Positions 1 to 11,869 of a stretch of DNA of 64,000 nucleotides are shown piece after piece (position 1 is the stretch's first letter; the number at the start of each line of letters is the position of its first letter). Location: contig CAJINV010000006.1 of the NCBI GenBank assembly GCA_905178155.1, forward strand, positions 2,706,658 to 2,770,657, written 5' to 3'. Below the pieces are notes generated by a model, which saw nothing but the letters and a program-made list of their open reading frames with translations, was not told where the DNA came from and did not search any database. The stretch comes from Amoebophrya sp. A120. Taxonomy: Eukaryota > Protista > Dinoflagellata. A program made the position numbers and the translations under genes.

Positions 1-200
1 CAGTGCGCAGCCAAGGATGACAAGTTTATGACGCGCTAGGTGTTTCGTCGTTTTCCGCATAGCAAACTGCGTTCTTTTTGCCTGACAGGCAAGGGACCCT
101 TTTATTCCTGCTCACACAACACAGGTTTAAGACTCATGCCAGACAAGCATGACAAACTTGCATTCTTCCAGACATGATCCAGGGATATTTGCAATGCATA
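1..200. mobile_element. Right part of a family-A introner cut by the window edge
   Basis: Ends TTCCAGAC...ATATTTGCAATGCATA at 200 and contains GCATGACAAA motifs; coding frame (KPAGDDQAEPASPEKK) resumes immediately after. Confidence 0.85.
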
Positions 201-3200
201 CAAGCCAGCAGGGGACGATCAAGCGGAGCCGGCATCCCCAGAGAAAAAGTCGAAGAAAGAGAAGAAGGAGAATATCCTATAGCAAAAACGTCCCCATGAT
301 TCCAGAGTTCTCATGCAGATTTGCAATTTTACAGGAATTATGCTTGTAATGCGCACTTGCACGCGAATTTGTGTCCGATCGTGCTTTGGAATGATTTGTA
401 AAGCTGTAAAAAAACAGGAGAAGGGGATAGATTGATTTGTGACGCGGGTCGTCGTGTCCTTGCTAAAAGTTGTAACCTGCAGCTGCACTACAATACAGAG
501 GGAACAAGCTTGGCAACATGCGTGACTCCTAAAACTTCTGGATTTGTCCTTATTTTTGCAGAGTTCTTTCTTCCCACTTATTGACTTTCGTGGGGACGTT
601 TTTACACAGGATAGGGAAAAAATCGAAGGAAAAATCGCCCGACAAGGACGAGGGAGAGAAGGAAAAGAAAGAGAAAAAGATATCCTACGTAAAAACGTCC
701 CCGCGGTATGGTCAAGATGGGAAATCTGCAACACAAATCTCCAAGTTTTGGGAGTTCTGCATGACAAGTTTCCGTCTGCAGTGGAGTGCTGGTCAGAAAG
801 GAAAGCCGCATGAGAAAGCCATTTACTCATGATGTCTACAGCATTACAAGTTCCAAAACACGACTGGAAATGCCTCTCAAGGAGATGCGCATTACAAACG
901 TTTTCAGCATGACAACTCTGGGGTCGTGGGGACGCTTTTACACAGGATAAAAGAAAAAATCGAAAGAGAAAAAATCAAAAAACGACGACGAAAAAGAGTC
1001 CGCGAGAAGTCCCAAGCCCGACGAGGGCGAAACCAAGCCGGGCGAGGAAGCTCCTGCTACGGCACCAGATGGGGTCCAACAAGTAGAGGCGGAAGCGAAA
1101 GCCACAGAGGGTGAAGTAGATGCGGAGCAGAACAACCCAACAGCTGGAGATGAGGGCAAAGGGGAAGGCGAAGCGGCAGTAGGAGACGGGGAGGAGGCCT
1201 CTGGAAGCAAGGAGCCAGGACCAGAGACAAATGCACCAGACGGAGAGCAGGACGAGAAGCCGGCCGGAGAGGACGGGGAACCAGCAACAGGAGAACAGGG
1301 AGCAGCAAAAACAGCACCAGACGAGCAAGCAGAATCCTCTGCCCTGGCTGCACCGGCGGAGCCAACAGTGACGAAAATAGAAAACGACGACGAAAAGGAG
1401 ATGGTGGTCAATGTGTCCCTACCCGGGGAGGGGGATATCCAAGAAAAAAACTGTGTTAGTGTAACTATTTTTGGCTGACAGCGTCACAAATTCGCTCTAC
1501 ATTACAGAGAAAACCTGTCATGCGTGGTTTGTAAGGGAAAACACACATGAAAAGAGGACTGCGTGGCTGTCTGGCATGACAGGCGTAACTCTGTTGCGTG
1601 TTCGGCGTCACAGATTTACACTTACACAGTTTTTTTCTTGCGATAGGTGAGGACGGCGGAATAATAAACCAGCAGACCACATTCAACGCCAGCAATAAGT
1701 CCCTCGACCTTGCGCAGCAGCAGAACCAAGTGCAAAACATCATTTCCACACTGCAGGACGCGATCCAGCAGCTAACCGAGGGCACGCATCTAGTCGACAA
1801 TATCGAATGCAAATACGATTGGGTCCGGATTTGTGATGCGAAATTTGAAGGATAGCGAGCATTTGTGATGCATGAATACGATTGGGCAGAAGTCTTTTTG
1901 TCATGCTGTGAAATAACTCAGTTTGTCATGCAAAACACGGTAGAAACCTCAATACCAATGGAAAAATTTGTGATGCGCAGATGCCGTACAAAACATCGCT
2001 CTGCCATCATGCATGGCTCAGCAACACAAATTCGTCGCGTCTGTCCAGACCCAGATCGATATTTTTGCACTGGATAGACAACCAGGAGCAACGAAATCAG
2101 CTTTTGGTGAAGCAGCAGCAACTGCGCAACCACTGTATCAAATGCAAATAATATGTCTGGATCTGGAAACTTGTAATGCTGAAAGGTCATGAATGAGTGC
2201 GCCTTTGAGATTGAGTGCAGTGAAGCATAACAAATTCTTCGAACGCTCACTCATGGGTAGCACGCATTACAAACTGCGACTTTGCATGACGAAAATGCGC
2301 TGCTTTTGCTCTGCTCATGCAATACAGATTTTTCAGGAATGCGAGACACGCAATACAGGTTCACCCTCTCCAGAGTCAGACACATTTGCACTTCATACAC
2401 CGTGTCGAACTGCAGATGGTGTTGCGAAACAGCATGGCGGAGGGCGGGGAACAGCAGCTGCAAGGGGGCCCTACGCCGTATGGGATTCTCAATTGTTACA
2501 TTCTCAAGAACTGTTACATGAATTTGTGATGCAAGAATGGCAAAAGTGCTAGGGGAAAGATTTCGCCTTTTGCATAACAGGTTTGGCACAGATTTAGATG
2601 CTGTTCAGCCCTTCGGAAATTTGTCACGCAAGGCAGCTTGATGATGTCGATACTGATGAGTGTTTTGCATGACAGATTCATGTAACAGCTGAGAATGTAA
2701 CATTTGAGAACGCCATATGCCGGACGAGGAGCAAACCAATCTGATACACCCCGCAAGCGAGGAACAGATGCTATCGAAAGGAAAAATCCCCCCTCGCCAT
2801 ATCAAAACGAAATTTCTGATGCTGGATTTGTGTACACAAATCCGAGCTGTCTTGCTGGAGAGCACTGCAGGAGGCCCATGCGAAGTGTGAGTAGCGAGGC
2901 TTTGGCCTAGGCACTTAGCATGAAAAACATCCACGCTGTAGGCCCAACAGCATGACAAACCGCCGGCACAATGCGGCGGCTGTCTGTGGAGTTGCCTTCT
3001 TGCAAGACAGGCACGATTTGTGACCACAAATCAGCATCACAAATTTCCAAAAATATATCTTTTCAGTATGGGGAGGGAGGATTTTTCCTCTCAATAGATG
3101 CTGGGCGCCGATCCAGAGTTGTCGGAGCTACCCCCACTGTCGCTCCAGGAACCGCAGATGCCGTCCGTATCCTGTGCAGAAGTATCGTACTCGTATTGCA

Positions 3201-6200
3201 GTCATGCGTTGCAAATCCTTTTGCTAAGGTCAATCCGCATTACAAATTTTATTTCTCATGCTGAGGAAATTTGTAATGCATTTATACGAGTACGATAGCG
3301 ATACTTTTGCAGTTCATAGTCCGAAGCGTACGGCAACGTGGACCTGCGGGAGATTGTGGCGGGATTGGAAGTATCAAATGCAAAATTGTCTGGGTCTGGA
3401 ACTTCGCTCGACTTGTCATGCAGGTTTTCCATGACCCATATGATCTGTAATGGAGGACCTAGCATTACAGGTTTCGCGAGATCACTATCATGCCCATCCT
3501 GCATGAAAAACTGCCTTACAACTTGATCAAAAGTGGGCAACATTTGGTAATCATGCAACACAGATTTTCGCGTGATTCAGCTTTAGCATCACAAGTTCCA
3601 CCAATCTTCGAGATCCAGACATTTTTGCATTTGATAAGAAGACTTGGGCTCGCAGTCGCCCTTACTCCGGTCCTTAATCGCACAGAACGCAGCTTTATCA
3701 AATGCAAATATGTCTGGGTCTGGAAGGTTGGAACTTGTGATGCTAAGTTTGGACTCTAAAAAAATCTGTACTGCATGACCGGCAAGAGGAGTCTAGTTTG
3801 TGCTACGCGGGGAGGGCCTTTGTCATGCGCAGTAGGCATCAGGAAGGGTTCTAAAAGTCGGTGATGGTAGGGCATGCATCACACACAATCCTGGGTCATG
3901 CAAAATCTGCATCACAAACTCCTGCATTCTTCCAGACCCAGACAGTTTTGCATTTGATAAGCCTCGCAGAATCCAAGTAAAAACACCGCGGTGCCCGGGG
4001 ACTTCGTGGGGATATCGTAAGGAAAAATCCACCCTCCCCATATCGAAAAGAAAATTTGTGTTGCTGATTTGTGACCGCAAATCAGCGTTGTCTTGAGTAC
4101 ACGGCAAACGGCACCCATGTGGCGCATTGTGCAGCGAGTATGTCAAACTTGTTCCTCATCCTCAGCTGCTGGCCGGATGCGTAGTACCTAAATGGGCTTA
4201 GAATATGCCGCCACGCTCTTGCTGCAATAGAAAGCTCATTTGTGTACACAAATCCAGCAACACAAATTGCCATTTGGATATGGGGTGGGGGCTTTTTTCA
4301 CTTTGATAGGGGACGACTGCTGGTGCTCATAACGACGATTTCGATGACAGACCCATGTCGGTATCCAGTGCAAATATCCCTGGATGTCTGGAAAAGTTGA
4401 ACTTGTGATGCTGCTTTTGGATTCCGAAGAAATCTGTATTGCCTGAGCAGCAAAAGCAGTCAGGTTTTTGTTAGGTGGCCAGGGCATTTCTCATGCGGGA
4501 CAGACAAAGAAGCACTCAGAAGGATGTCATGCTAGGGAATCCATTACAGATGATATCAGAGGTCATGTAAAAAAATCTGCATCGCAAATCTTGCACTCTT
4601 CCAGACCCAGACGTATTTGCATTTGATAGTCAGTGGCGTCCAGCGAGTTCGAGAGGGAAGTCGATCGGGTGAGGCAAATCCGGCGGAAAATTGATTTAGC
4701 GAAGGAGGGAAAAAATGTCACCGAGTTTGACAAAGAAGAGGATGGGGTGTGGTACTGAACAGGCTACATTTATTTGCCCACTAGTTTGGTCTTTTTTGCT
4801 GGTGCATGAGAGGTAGGGATGAGAAGTAGATGAAAAAGAGTTTATTGTCACGCAGAAGATCAAAGAGGAGTAAAGTGTTGGTTTGTCATGCAGGGTGAGA
4901 TAAACAAGCACGTGCAGGGTTCACAAAACACACAGGTACGAAATCGACGAAGCAGAAAAAGACGTGGTCGACCTCCGTCGCATGCGAAGGCAAATCAGGT
5001 GTCTCTTTGGGACGCAGACCAGGCCCGAAGTCAGTCGCATGTTCGATTCACCCACAACCAGCACGGGCAGCGGAGATCGGAATGCGGCGATACGGTACTA
5101 TAACAGAAGCTTTATTCATTGTCATGCATAAAATTATCGGTACTGTGATGGGTTGTGTCATGCACACCACGCATTCCATTCCCTTCCGACATATTATTAA
5201 AGCCAACCAACCATCTCATCTCACCTTGAACTTTCAACAGGCAGTCCCTTTTCGACGAGTTTGGGAGGTCACCGGTGGTAAACCAGAGTAATGCCGTCGG
5301 CTCCTCTTCCTCGCACCACAACCCCTCCTTCCTGCGGCAGCCCAACAACAATTACCCAATATCGCCCAAGCTGGGGCAGCTCACCAGGAATAGCGACGCG
5401 CGGGAGAGTATGCATTCTGCAAATATTATGTCTGGGTTACTTGCAATTTGTCATGCTAAAAATCTGTGAATTTCAATTTCAAGCGGACAGAAGTCAATAC
5501 GCAGCCAAGCATGACAGAGTTATTTTGAACAGTGCCGTAGTGCCTATAATAATGCGCATGAGAAACTTCTGCGCTACTCCGAAGGATGCGTTTCGGAACT
5601 CGGGAGTATAGTTGGAGTTCAGCATTCCAAGTCTGGCATGAACCTTCAAGACCCAGACCACATACTTGCAATGTCGATAGGGAAGGAAAAGGAGATGCAA
5701 TCGATACTGAAGAACATACCAAATAACCCGGACTGGGCCCAGGAGGTGGTGAAAGCCGCAACTGCACCGGGGAATCAGTGGCACCTTTTAGGGAACGCCA
5801 ATGTATTCTATACTAGTACAGTTTTATTTGATGGTGAAATTTGAAGATGGATAAAGAAATGTCAACATCTGCTCCCACGTGCATGGCTGGTGCATGACAA
5901 ATCCTCTCACTTTTGTTTATAAACATGTACCACGTCGGATGATGAACATGAAAGAGTAGTAAAGAGAAGTACAGCACCTCTGTCTTCGTCAAATAAAACA
6001 GCCACCACCTCCGATAGGCAGCGGCGGAGTAGGAGGGGGTGCGGGTCCGTCGGGTTACATATCAGTGTGTACATCAAGAACTTATTCTGTCGTCCCTCCT
6101 TTGTATTTTGCAAATATGCAAATCCTCTGTGCGTTTTCCTTTTGGCACTATAATTCGCATGACCAATTGTCCTGCAAGACCTGCTCTCTACAGGAGGTGA

Positions 6201-7514
6201 GACACACGATGTTGTGCTCCACTCTCATACTACACGAAGAGCAGTTACCCGTCCAATGCCGGCTACCAGCAGCAGTCGCGCAATCATGCCTGGATTGAGG
6301 ACGCAGAGAGGAAATTACACTCAAAGCTGTTGCCGTCGAAGCAGGAGCAGATAATGTCGCTGGGGTCAAATCGACAATACATCGGAGAACTGTCCGTGGA
6401 CAATAAGCCGGAGGGTAGGGGCGTGTTGGTATTGGCAGATGGCAGTCAGCACGTGGGGGAGTTTAGAGTACTTTTGTTTGTTTCTCGGATAATTTGCCTC
6501 TCGAACAAACTCGAACAGAAAAAAACTGGAAACAGGAAACAAGCAAGCTATATGAAATTTTATCATATACTTGCTGTTTGTTCCATTTCTGTACTAGTGA
6601 AGAAAGATCTACTTTTATAATATAAATCCTCCCAGGCCGGGCGCGCAAACGGCAGTGGAATTTTCCTGTCCACGAAGGGTAGTGTTTTAGTCGGCGAGTG
6701 GGCCGAAAATCGGAGAGTCGGAGAGTTTCTCATCCTTGACCACACGGGAATCTGCTACAAGGAAAAGTACTGATTCGTCTTTCTGTGACAGCAGTACTGT
6801 CATTTTTAATGTGCTGTTGGACTGATCTTCCTATCAAGGTTCAGGGTCACGACTAGTCGTCTGTTATCTCCGTTAGAAACCGAGCTTCACACACAGCGAG
6901 CACGGAGGACTGATGAATAAAGAACGCATGATCTTCCGTGAATAACGCGCCAATTATTTCTACTACTGCTCTCGGAAACAGGTACGAACTGGGGGAGCGA
7001 ACGTCGCGGGATCGGATCACACCGGAAAACGCGCCGCCGGCAAAACAGCAGTCCACGCTCTGCATCCGGTGCCAGTCCAGGTTCTACCCGGAATTTAACC
7101 ACTATGGAAGCGTCCGGTTTGAAATCGTCAAAGTCGAAAGAATTTGTAATGCATAAAATGCGACACGAAAAGTGACTCTATTGCAGAGGACCCACGGGAG
7201 GCAGATTATAGTCCTGGTAAGGGTCAAAAGTTGGACTGCTAACTAGCATGACAGAAGGCAGCTCTTTTGCCCTAAGCCGCGTGACAGACTCGCTTCCAGG
7301 ATCGGGGAAATTTGTCATGCGCCGACTACAAACTGTAGGCCTAACTGGTATCCGTTTTATGCATGACAAACTATTTCAACTTTGACGATTTCAAACCTGA
7401 CACATCCATAAGCACCCGTGGGCCTGTCGGACGTTGCGGGGGTCCGGGAGCGACGGTGCCGGCGAGGGGGAATTTAAATTTGCCGAGCACGTTGCTTTCA
7501 CGGCCTGCTCGTAG
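201..7514 (+). CDS. Partial (5' truncated) spliced gene: K/E-rich N-terminus, MORN repeats, C-terminal CxxC...N..AC zinc-like motif
   Basis: A continuous frame is obtained after removing 15 TIR elements plus GT-AG introns 4752-4935, 5095-5240, 5816-6017 (less certain), 6468-6635 and 6767-6981. MORN-like text: YIGELSVDNKPEGRGVLVLADGSQHVGEFR|AGRANGSGIFLSTKGSVLVGEWAENRRVGEF. C-terminus CIRCQSRFYPEFNHPWACR...FTACS, stop TAG 7512-7514. Confidence 0.8.
2772..3096. mobile_element. Introner family B, representative (14 copies, ~295-330 bp)
   Basis: TIR TATC.AAAGGAAAAATCCCCCCTCCCCATAT ... ATATGGGGAGGGGGGATTTTTCCT...ATA; TSD GATGC/GATGC here. Copies: 2772-3096, 4013-4308, 22503-22828, 23893-24220, 25643-25967, 28378-28687, 29541-29865, 34871-35187, 35578-35881, 39546-39866, 40924-41246, 41336-41649, 43461-43780, 44107-44423. 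Confidence 0.92.
3168..3318. mobile_element. Introner family D, representative (13 copies, ~150-175 bp when uninterrupted)
   Basis: TIR TATCCTGTGCAAAAGTATCGTACTCGTA ... GTACGATACTTTTGCAATGCATA; TSD GTCCG/GTCCG here. Copies: 3168-3318, 14895-15043, 18721-18897, 24285-24434, 26338-27284, 31097-31261, 33416-33565, 34013-34165, 36526-36678, 37605-37776, 46421-46594, 49093-49551, 62861-63011. Confidence 0.9.
3696..3959. mobile_element. Introner family A, representative (44 copies, ~250-310 bp)
   Basis: TIR TATCAAATGCAAA(A/T)ATGTCTGGGTCTGGAA ... TTCCAGACCCAGACA.TTTTGCATTTGATA, 5-bp TSD. Copies: 1801-2076, 2136-2397, 3372-3636, 3696-3959, 4362-4628, 5409-5679, 17875-18148, 18215-18478, 19269-19519, 19583-19856, 22212-22471, 23222-23484, 24884-25161, 25312-25570, 27343-27636, 29059-29317, 32330-32581, 32634-32885, 33105-33371, 33688-33971, 34558-34823, 35243-35496, 35946-36201, 37160-37411, 38301-38586, 38691-38952, 39229-39494, 42436-42713, 42773-43029, 44729-44985, 45965-46216, 46869-47182, 47264-47526, 48469-48721, 50090-50375, 51205-51465, 52008-52269, 59744-60013, 60716-60977, 61254-61509, 61805-62065, 62130-62382, 62520-62800, 63303-63557. 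Confidence 0.92.
4752..4935 (+). other. Canonical GT-AG intron
   Basis: GTACTG...ACACAG; splicing restores DGVW|YEIDEAEKD. Confidence 0.75.
5095..5240 (+). other. Canonical GT-AG intron
   Basis: GTACTA...CAACAG; restores AAIR|QSLFDEF. Confidence 0.75.
6468..6635 (+). other. Canonical GT-AG intron
   Basis: GTACTT...TCCCAG; joins the halves of a MORN repeat (GEFR|AGRANGSG). Confidence 0.8.
6767..6981 (+). other. Canonical GT-AG intron
   Basis: GTACTG...AAACAG; restores KEK|YELGER. Confidence 0.75.
7103..7410. mobile_element. Introner family J (single copy in window)
   Basis: TATGGAAGCGTCCGGTTTGAAATCGTCAAAG ... CTTTGACGATTTCAAACCTGACACATCCATA; TSD ACCAC/AGCAC; removal joins FNH|PWACR. Confidence 0.85.
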
Positions 7515-10500
7515 TAGTTCTGGAACTTGGGCAATGAAAAATGGAAGGAGGAGCCTCTCCGGAGGTGGAATTACTATACTCAAAAAGCCCCCGTCTCCGT
7601 AGTTCTCAATACAACACTCTTGATCTTCCGTTTCTTGATAGTAGGTACACCTTTTGTATGAATGCCAGCAAGCAGATTTTGTAGAAGCAAGAGAGAAGTG
7701 CTTCGGCCTGCCAAAAATAACGAGTATGAAACAGCGATGCGAAATTCTAAAAAGCACGCAAATGACACGCAAAGTACTGACCTATCTTGAAATGACATCT
7801 GAAAACCAACCGGGAATACTACCAGAATCGCTACGCAAAGCGATCCGGGAGAACGTGCAACGGGACACATCGGAGCAGCCGAAAGAAGAAAAAGAGCAGT
7901 TGAAATTGGACTCGGTCGTGCCGAATCACAAGGCGCTAGTGAGGCTAGTGCCGTGGGTGGACATGGTCTAGGAAGAGGAGGCGAATCAAGGCGGGTGCGC
8001 CTGCTACGAGTGCAACCCGAAGATGTGCACCTGTTTGCCGGTCTGGCGAAAAAGGCGACACAGAGCTACGAGATTCGGAGCGATTTGCAGCAGACGAAGA
8101 AACCCCCCGGTGTTGGGGCAGTCGGGGGAGGTAATTCCCTACCGAAGTTCGGAAAGGTGCGAAGGTTTCCCGGACCGAAGTAAAGAGTACGGAATAGCAT
8201 AGTTACTTGATCGCGCTAGATTTTTTATGTTCGTGTAGTCTTCCAGTAGTACTCTTCTTAGTAGGCTTCTTTCAGTTAAGACCAGTCAGTCAGGACACGC
8301 GCAAACATCTTTCACACCATAGCAGTTCACGTTCAAAACGAAGAAACAAAAATATAAAAAACAAAAATGAAACAGTTACACCTCAGTAAAAAGCTCCAAC
8401 GTAGCAGCGAGCAGGAAGGAGAAAGTGCGTCACACGAGCGGGGTGCGTAGGGTGTTGGTGCGGGAGGAGCGGAACTACGCATTTCCAATCACACTGGTGA
8501 CGCACGGCATCCGGGATGGCCGCAGCAGGAGTACGAACACACAGAGAGGTTTTCCGTCTGAGTTTCCACACCGAAAAGTACGAAGACGCCAAATACGGGC
8601 ACCATCGTCACAGAAGAAAAGGACAAAAATCGCAAAGAAGAGTACAGCTGATGCCCACTCAAAATTTCTAGGTCCCGTCGCGTAAAAAATAGAGCGCAAG
8701 AAAAAAAAATAAAGAAAGAAGTACTACACGGAAGCGCAGCACCCAAAACACAAAGCAGGTCGTGGCAGACGCAGCCCGCGTAAGACTTCTACTAGAGGAG
8801 CGGCACCTGCGTCTGTCCGGAGGAGGTGCCACTTCTGTTCTTTCGTAGTTTCGTTATGAGTGCTTCGTGTCCTGAGAGGAAATCCGGATATCAAAACTCA
8901 AAAACACACTCTTGCTGGTTGCAAAACCAAGTGCAACCTACGCCGATGGCCCCGGCCGGGCGCAGGTAGAACTTCTTGTACTCGTTCACCACAACAGCGG
9001 GGGGATCGACGAACCCTCGCTGCGGGCTTCAGCCTACAGGTAACTCTGTTGCGGTTGCCCCTCATTACTACGTCCTCGCGCAGTGGCTCACATCCTCTCG
9101 TCGAACAGGTGTGGCGTCTGGGCACTCCGGGTACGGGCCTTAGGTCACCAACCGGTTGTCGCTCCAGCGCCACAAACCCGAAACTCTCCAGTATACGTGT
9201 CCAGATACAAACAGGTCCAGAGAGCCACTGAGCATGCAGCAGCTGGGTTGGGTGGGGCGATCGCAGTACAGACTCGGTATCGGGCCTCGAGCGGAAAAAG
9301 GAAGACAATGGGTGGCACTGAAGTCCTAGGTTTTGCACACCCGGAAGGACTATTTGCCCACCTTTACCGATCTATTTCCAGCTCGGCTTGTCGATACCAG
9401 AACTATGTCCTATAGTTAAGCTTAAGAAAGTAAAAGACTAGTAGATAGAAGCTTACTATAGAGGTTTCCTCCTCCTCCTCCTTCTTGATAGTAGGTACAA
9501 GCTGTTACGAATAGGAATAGGCAGATGAGGAAGAAGAAGAGTTGTATCTTGCAAAGAACAACCGCAAGAAGAAGAACGCCAGGAATCTAAGTACTTCACA
9601 CGTATAATTGAAGAGAACCAGTCTACTTGCGTTGAGCAGTAGCAGTCTCTGTTGAGGATGGATTGTCAAAAGATTGTCAAAAGTAGAAAAAGTACAAAAA
9701 ACAGTCGTTTTGAATATTAGCAAGTACAAAAGTTGATGCGACGTATAAGAATGTGAATACGACAAAGCTCGGGCAGCGAGTTAACGTCGCGTCGTGAAGA
9801 AAACCTGATTTTATTTTCGTATATATTGCAGCAGAAAAAATAGGAATAGCAAACAAGTATCTACGTACAGACGCGCCGGAAGACTAGTCTGATCAATGCC
9901 ATATCGGAACAGAGATCATGTTGAAGAAAATGAGAAGAAGCAATGAAAAAGCATGACGCAATCGTCGTGTGTATTAATTACGTAGAAGAGTTGTTGTGAA
10001 ACTGTAAAATTGTTGTATAAAGCATTCTACTACTTGCCTGGTGATTGTGTCATAGCATACTGCTGCTGGTTCACCAGCAGAGTTCGTCGTTGTTGCACGG
10101 GAAGCGAGTCAGTTTGGAATTTCTTTTGTAGAAGTAGGTGTTCCAAGGCACTGTCCTCAGATGAGCAAACTACCTTGAGAGAGTGAGCGGCGACGATGCA
10201 GCTACTCGGCCTGCGTGGGTCATTTTCACTCTCGGCATGATCGGAGTAAATAGCCGGGACAATGTGGGGCGATTGCCGCCGCCGCGGGGCGGTTCTTGGG
10301 CCATGCTATGACTTCGCCCTTCGGCCACTGTCGACCTTCGGTCAATGGCATGGATGGCCCCGGGGTCGTCGGATCTTGGCGCCACCGTGACGGCCCGCAC
10401 ACCCCTGCGCTCGTGGCACGCCAGTCCCGGCCGAGTCGTTTGCCAGGCTGGTGCGCAAGTTCGCGCCGCTCCGGATTCTGGTGGGGCATATTGCCGGGGG

Positions 10501-11869
10501 CCCTTCTGGGGTCTGCTGAAAAAACCAAGCGCAGACGCTGGGCCGCCTGAGGTTGGTTTGCAGGGCGGCCAAAGGCATGGCGTGCGCCCACTCCCCCAAG
10601 CTTCGCGGCCCGCCCCCCCAGGTTTTGGCGGCCAACGCGCAGAGGGCTTCCCTGGGGCCCGGCCTTTTGGAGCATGGTGGAGCGCCATCATGGCTCTGGG
10701 GTCTTCGACGAAAAAACTGCCAGCCCTGCGCTTTACGTGACTCCCAACGAAGAGCAGGTCCTGAAGGAAGCGCGTGCGGCTGTCTATGACTCCGCTGGCA
10801 AGGTGGTATTTCTGTGCCCTTGCTGTTTGCTGAGAAACATCACGGCCGGGCGGGCTTTCCGATCGCGGCAAGGCTTTCCCGGGCCTCTGCGCCTGCGCGC
10901 GAGAAGACCAGGGCCGCCCTTTGGGGCAAAGGATCGGGCGGCCGGTTGGGCCGGCGGGGTCCCCCTTCCTTGCGCGGGCCAAAGTGGCGCGGGGCGGGCC
11001 CATCCTGCTTCGGTGGGTGCGTCCCGACGGCTTGTTGCCGGCCCGGCCTCCCGGGCGGGCGCAGGGGCGCGCCGCCGGACGGACAAGGGACGATGACCGT
11101 ATTGACAGAAAAGGCCGGTAAAGTATAGCGCTTCGCTTGCGGGGCCCCCCCGCCCCGGCAAGCTCCAGAAGGCGGCCGGCTGTGGCACAACAGGCCGCGG
11201 GGCCCCGCCCCCGTCCCCCGCCCGCGCCTTCGGCTTCGAGCCCCGTGCGTGGGCGCCCCCCCGTTTTCGCTTGGCCGGCCGGGTTGGCCAAAATAAAAGG
11301 GGGACCCGCCCGCGCGCGCAAGAGGCGCCCCGGCCCTTCGGCGTCGCGCCCGCCCTGCTCCCTACTTCCCGGTCTCTCTTTTATGTGAGGCAGGGCGCTT
11401 CGCGTCGCGCTTCGCGCTGTTCCCTTTCGTGGTAGCCAGCGCCGGCAGCGCTGTTGCGCCCGCCTGCTCGCTTCGTTTCTGCGTCGCGAAATTCACGCCA
11501 AGTGGGGCGGTGCTAGGCTGCGCAGGTCTGTTGTGCGATATAATCAGTCTTAGCTTGCGTACGGTGGCTACTGTGTGCTCTCATGTGTGCTCGCTGTTCA
11601 GGTGTACTTTTTACCAGACGTACGCATAGCGTACCGCATGAGGGCAGCTCAAGCAACAAGGTCGAATCGGTGTTGTCGCAATAAAAAGGCGGCGCTTTCT
11701 TGCTAAGGTCAGGCTCTAAGCACGCATGTAAACCATAATTCGCGAGGTTACTAAAAACCAACCATCCACGACGCACGTTCAATATCGACTATAGAATGAA
11801 GATTCCCTGCTCAAATAAGAAAGGCTTTTATTTCTCTTCGAAAACAAGAGCAGGCGGCTGAGCTACAGA

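Noticed and set aside
681-949. Strict 10.5-bp helical phasing of the internal motifs
   Set aside because: It fits element 3696-3959, but spacings here (31, 49, 33, 48) do not; only the ~31-33 nt spacing and N7 pair rules were kept.
8898-9338. Minus-strand ORFs as a gene
   Set aside because: Frames are short or broken and show no recognisable motifs.
10170-11321. 383-aa minus-strand ORF (and the 446-aa ORF at 52796-54136) as transposase/autonomous element
   Set aside because: R/P/G/A-rich open frames are expected from extreme GC content; no DDE, RT or recombinase motifs are visible.
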